Source: Octopus vulgaris (taxonomy: Eukaryota). From it: 64,000 nt of DNA. Shown here one piece after another: positions 58,164-64,000 of the stretch. Position 1 is the stretch's first letter; each line of letters begins with the position of its first letter. The stretch lies in assembly GCA_951406725.2 (NCBI GenBank), contig OX597836.1, forward strand, positions 10,726,001-10,790,000, written 5' to 3'. A model generated the notes under the pieces. That model made no database searches, was not told where the DNA came from, and saw nothing but the letters and a program-made list of their open reading frames with translations. The position numbers and the translations under genes are program-made.

Positions 58164-58943
58164 ATTCTCTATCTGCAAGAATACAAAGGAATCCATATAT
58201 ATACATATATATATATATGTATATATATATATTATATATATATTTATATATATATATATATATATACATATGAATGTATGTATATGTATATATGTAATCC
58301 TCTATCTGCAAGCATACAAAGGAATACATATACATACACACACACACACACACATATATGTATATATATACACACACATAAGCCTTTATCCAGAAACATA
58401 CAAAGCAATCCATCGTTCCATAGAAGCCATAAAGCTGTCGATCCATAGAGGCAGTGATCGATTGCTTTTTATACATAAATTGACCCATTGACTATATATG
58501 TATACGCCAATCTATCGATCTATTACAAAATAAGATCCACAGATCCAAACACACAATGTTCTATGAATAGCCTGTATTATCATCATTACCCGTTTAACCC
58601 TCTCCCTCCTCTCTTGTTTACCCGGCAATATGTTCTTGCTATTTGTTATGCTTTCAAACAGAATTCTGGGCGAAGAAACAAAATTCTATAACAAAACCTC
58701 AACGAACGTAGATCAGTAGTCAAGGTATCCATTAATCAGCTCTTCGAACTCTTTCTATTGACCTAAGTTTATCGGAGCCTCAAATGAACCTGATCCGGAC
58801 CCAACCTTTTTTTCCACATGTTATTCACACGATATACAAACTTGTAATGAATAGATTTTCCAGGAACTGCACAGGTCCGTGCGATTTTGTCAGACCACTA
58901 AATTCAAACGTCAACATCTCATCTGAAGCATTCACTAGGTGTA

Positions 58944-59324
58944 GGCGTAGGAGTGGATGTGTGGTAAGTAGCTGGCTTACAAACCACATGGTTCCGGGTT
59001 CAGTTCCACTGCGTGGCACCTTGGGAAAGTGTCTTCTACTATAGCCTCGAACCGACCAAAGCCTTGCGAGTGGATTTGGTAGACGGAAACTGAAAGAAGC
59101 CCGTCGTATGTATGTATATATATATATATATGTATATGTGTGTGTGTGTGTTTGTGTGTCTGCGTTTGTCCCTCCAACATCGCTTGACAACCGATGCTGG
59201 TGTGTTTACGTCCCTGTAATTTAGCGTTTCGGCAAAAGAGACCGATAGAATAAGTACTAGGCTTACAAAGAACAAGTCCTGTTGTCGATTTGCTCGACTA
59301 AATGCGGTGCTCCAGCATGGCCAC
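58944..59324 (+). mobile_element. SINE family A
   Basis: Homology to the 7773 copy. Confidence 0.9.
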
Positions 59325-59595
59325 TGTAAGTCGGAGAAAGGGAATTGGGGAGGGCTCTTGCCCTTGATGTTCAGGGACGTCTTGGACAGTGGTGTTTCTC
59401 GATTATCCCTAGAGGGCAGACTACATCTCTACAGGAAGACTACATCTCTGTCACCCCTGCTTTTTAAAAATCTTCGCATGTTATGTATAAGTCCTTTCCT
59501 TTTCATTGTAAACCGTGTATATATTACTCTTTGTTGTTATTTATTTATTTATTTTATCTTTTCATTATCATCATCATCATCATCATCATCATCTT

Positions 59596-59654
<59 letters not shown>

Positions 59655-59710
59655 ATAATAATAATAATAATAATAATACTACTACTACCACCACCACCAC
59701 CACCGCCGTT

Positions 59711-59940
59711 TTCTTCAGTAGAAAACTTAAGAAAAGAGACGTTCGCCAAGTAAGTTCTTCAGTGGAAAACTTAAGGAAAGAGACATTCGCCAACCAAATT
59801 CTTCAGTGGAAAACCTATGGAAAGAGTCGGAGAGGACACCCAAAAAATGACCCGCCACTAAACGATCAACATGTAGCTGATTGAAAGAGGACCTGGAATG
59901 ACGACGCTTTGAGAGAAGCGAGGAACTGCGATCGCTTGCG
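59711..59940 (+). pseudogene. Decayed RTE-like LINE ORF C-terminus preceded by a 44-bp tandem repeat
   Basis: KETFANQILQWKTYGKSRRGHPK..DQHVAD resembles the LxWxPxGxRxRGRP..D motif. 44-bp units at 59711, 59755 and 59799 (partial). Confidence 0.5.
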
Positions 59941-60960
59941 CACTTTGACTCTTTCATGACTCCCAAGACGTGAAAGCCTTTACGTCTAAGTAAGTAATCA
60001 TGGAACAGAGCCAATCCAACTGATTTCCATTTTCCTACCTTTTTTGATTGCTTTTTATTATTTACTTTCTGATTGTAACGTCATTGTGCACCTCACCATT
60101 TTCGGCAATTTCTCTCTTGTTCTAGGCAAAATACTTTATTATTGACTTCAACAATTTTACCCAAAATTGCTCCCCAAAATAGTTTGCTTTCCTCAACTTT
60201 CGGTCTCATGTTATCGTTTCTTTCATTTCCTTCAAATAAGCGTTACTACCTTTACTGAAAAAAACAAACAAAAAAATATATATAAAAAGAGGCGAGATTT
60301 GGTTTGTATTGATTCGGCCTTCCTATTTTCTGATTTTAGCAGCTTTCGCCTTTACTTCCGCTTTCCTTCTTGAGTCGTTGTCTCAATTTCGTTTTCCTTC
60401 CGCGAAACATTTTCTATAAACAACCTGTATTTTTATATCTTAATTCATTCTGTTTCTACATTTATATTTTCTAAGGCCGTTTATCTTCGTTAGTTTCCGC
60501 GATTTCTCGAAGGGTGACTGGTGGTTCGTTTACTAATTTTTCTTTTCAAAACAAAAACTGGTCTGGAATTACCTTAATACCAGCTGATGCCAATGCGTAG
60601 GTATCTTTAATGTTTATACGAGTATGCGTATGTACAATGGAGATACGTGGTTAAGTGTCTAGGGTGTTCGAAACAGAATACTAAGATTGTAGTTTCGTTT
60701 CCTGCACTAGGCATTGCGTTGTGTTCTTGAGAAAACTACTTCATTTCATGGCAAACCTGCGATGGAGCGGCGTCGTATCCAGCAAAGCCCGCAAAATCCA
60801 GCCTTATCAGGATTTAACTCGGGAAGGACACTTGATCCCGTTCTTGTCATGCATGTATATGGAAATATATACACTGTAATATGCATATATATATAATTTG
60901 TTTTTCGTAATGAGATAAAAAACCAGGGTTGAGTAGATTTTAGAACATTTATAGATAGAA

Positions 60961-61010
60961 GGTATTATAGCTGTTTCCAGGATATTTATTATATCCCTTC
61001 ATCAGAGACA
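60961..61010 (-). ncRNA. Minimal hammerhead-like motif in a TA-embedded relic (60895-61183)
   Basis: TGTCT-CTGATGA-A-GGGATAT-AATAA-ATATCCT-G-GAAA-CAGCTA-TA-ATAC. Intact CUGAUGA and GAAA; helices I and III each carry a substitution. Confidence 0.55.
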
Positions 61011-61336
61011 GTGTGAGAGAATAGTTAAGTAATAGTTAATTTAGATATGATAGAAAATAGAGAGTGAGGTGCAGGAAAGAAAATAGATGTGAGATACTTA
61101 GGGATATTGAATTTGTAGATCCATTTTTTGGGCAAAATGGTATACATGTAAGATTGCAATACTTTATGAGTAAAATTCAACAGTATATATATATATATAT
61201 ATATATATAAATGGCGGTGCCCCAGCATGGCCACAGCTCATAGGCTGGAACTGGAATCAATCAATCAATCATATATATATATATTGCTATATGCACAAGT
61301 TTTGTTTATATTCTCTCTGTTTATTTTCTCTTATTC

Positions 61337-61372
61337 CTTTCTGTTGAAGAGCGTAGGTTCGAAACGTAAAAG
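61337..61372 (+). ncRNA. Minimal type I hammerhead-like motif (A6U variant)
   Basis: CTTT-CTGTTGA-A-GAGC-GTAG-GTTC-GAAA-CG-TA-AAAG. Helices I and II pair fully, helix III is palindromic ACGT, and there is a GUA triplet. Confidence 0.6.
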
Positions 61373-61553
61373 ACTTTCTCACTTTCCCGAGCGTTAAACT
61401 AATACACTTGCTTGTTGCTCATTCACCTGTTTTCGTGTTTTAATTTTTCTGTAAATTTCAACTATATGTGTGTGTGTGTGCATGTATATATATATATATA
61501 TATGTATGTGTATATATATAATATTATAATATACTATATTGTATTATATTATA

Positions 61554-61642
<89 letters not shown>

Positions 61643-61744
61643 GTGTTAAAACTTGCATATACACTATTCACTTCTTAACCTAGTTTCGATCCACTGTTGT
61701 GAAATTCACCGATACGGGGACGCCCGCCTCCCCTCCTCATGATC

Positions 61745-61817
61745 ATTGTTATCATCATCATTATTATTGTTTTTATTGTTGCCGTTGTTCATGGTGTTTT
61801 CATTGTTGTTGTTGTTG

Positions 61818-61854
<37 letters not shown>

Positions 61855-61874
61855 CATTATTATTATTATTATTA

Positions 61875-61965
<91 letters not shown>

Positions 61966-61992
61966 CATTATTATTATTATTATTATTATTTA
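61745..61992. repeat. (TTA)n/(TTG)n microsatellite
   Basis: Direct reading. Confidence 0.95.
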
Positions 61993-62574
61993 TTCTCAAC
62001 GATTGTCTGTGTTATCAGTGCTTTTTATCTTTCTTTCTTCGTGAATAACAACGAGAACTGTAAGAGATAAAATGGACAATGAAGAATGAAAAGAGACGAG
62101 AGAAGAGAAAGAGAACGATAGAGAAAGATAGACAGATAGGTAGAGATAGAGAGAGAGAGAGACAGAAAGAGAGACAGAGAGAGAGACAGAGAAAGGATAT
62201 ATATCTCCAGAATAGATGGCAATGATAAAAATAATGCAAACAAACCTTCATTGAAAGAGAGAATATAATTCAATAAAAATAATATTCCACTGCAAGATGA
62301 AGGCTACTTAATATCCTGTTATTTGTTATGATTCGCTGAAGATCAATTTATTCGCGGCAAATTTATGCAGACCAACAACTCAAATATACCGACGCAACAA
62401 GATGTAGAAAAAGCGCGCAGTACGCACACATACAAACACACATACAGATACAAACACACACGCACGCATACATACACTCGCACAGAAATTATAGACACTT
62501 TTTAATATACGCATATATATATATATATATATGCGTATTTTAAAAATATGCATATATATATATATGTATGTATG

Positions 62575-62608
<34 letters not shown>

Positions 62609-62652
62609 TGTATGTATGTATGTATGTATGTGTATGTGTGTGTGTGTTTGTG

Positions 62653-62693
<41 letters not shown>

Positions 62694-62821
62694 ATATGTG
62701 TATGTATATATATATATCCATATACTCAATAAATATTTTTGAATGCATGTGTTTATATGTGCACAAGCATACACACACACACACATAAATATGATTGCAT
62801 CTCTCCATCTATCTATCCATG

Positions 62822-62907
<86 letters not shown>

Positions 62908-62908
62908 C

Positions 62909-62954
<46 letters not shown>

Positions 62955-63045
62955 GTCTGTCTGTCTCTGTCTGTGTATCTGTCTGCCTGTCTCTATACAC
63001 GCATGTCAGGTTGTGTATACATACACGTGTATACACACATATATA

Positions 63046-63893
63046 CGGGATCTGATCAATATGTATCCGATCTGTTGCCATAGTAACGAAGCTAAAACAC
63101 GTAGAGAAAAGCCGCTTGGCACAGATTGATACTGAACACTATTGTGCATGCGCACTAAATTTTAACTTCCTAGCTCACTTCCGCTGTTTACAGCAGTGCT
63201 TAGAGTGAAGGTATGTAGCGTGTGATCGTCGCATTGACCATGACAGAAAGTTGAGCAGAGAATCTGCATCAAATTTGGTCAAAAACATGGCGATACCTGC
63301 TCAGAAGCCTACGTAAAGTTTTCAAGACGAAGTTTTCATCGTTCTCGACGCAATCAAGGAGATATTGTGCATCTGAAACCCGAGTATCCTTTTGGTCAGC
63401 CGAAAGCAGTTTTTGCACAAACATGGCAGATACGCGCCTCATACCCAAATCTTCATTGATAATGGACTGAACTGAAACGTAACAAATCTGCACATCTTCC
63501 GTTTACTCACGGATGGTGATTCGACAATTTCCCCTTACAGCTGCTCGCACATCTGCGATGTTTTTTCTCAGTTCTGCTTGTTGCTGGTCTCCCAGAACGT
63601 TCGTCAATATCGACGTTTTTTTCGTCTATCTTGAAAACGTCTGAACCACTCGTGCACTTGTGTGCGGCTCAAACACTCCTCTCCATACGCTTTGCGTAGG
63701 CCTCTGTCATGCTCAGTGCGACGATCACTCAGTGCGACGATCACTCACTGCACATCTTCTTTCTAAGCACCGCTGTAAGCAGCGGAAGTGAGTTAGAGCG
63801 TCAAAACTTACTGCGCATGCACAGCAGAGTTCAAGGTCAATCTTTCTCAAGCAGCTTTACTCTGCGTGCTTTAGATCCGTTACTATGGCAACA
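63046..63893. mobile_element. mariner derivative with two inverted 5' ends
   Basis: Left: TA + TIR + leader + ATG (63240) ..EQRICIKF. Right: inverted leader + ATG (63710, minus) ..YGEECLSRTQVHEWFRRF..RSGRP..EDLGMRRVSA.FV.KLL. The right TIR tip is missing. Confidence 0.88.
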
Positions 63894-64000
63894 AGTATAA
63901 GAGTAAAAGAGTAATATGCAAATAACAAACGGCGGTACATCAGCATGGCCGCAGCTCTGAGCTGAAACTAGAGAGAAAACAAAATGACTAACGTGTAGGA

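Overview
AT-rich, microsatellite-saturated animal DNA with no host protein-coding exon I can support. The repeat families and the (TA)n/(CA)n/(TATC)n/(TTA)n density strongly suggest an octopus (coleoid cephalopod) intergenic or large-intron region; the taxon is inferred. Almost all ORF-track entries are microsatellite artefacts. Real coding relics are two R4/Dong-clade LINE fragments adjoining (TAA)n tracts, one full-length decayed mariner, one mariner derivative with two 5' ends, Tc1/pogo scraps and an RTE-like 3' end. There are four tRNA-derived SINE head types, labelled A-D here. Three patterns stand out. (1) About eight distinct minimal hammerhead-ribozyme-like motifs sit in Penelope-style non-coding relics, several with inverted or tandem partial duplications. 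(2) One SINE forms head-to-tail 184-bp multimers with the same GAAATA|GGTATTTC junction at four independent loci, hinting at a circular-RNA or template-jump route. (3) SINE heads and tails are swapped combinatorially. Structures were read by eye; nothing was folded or searched computationally.
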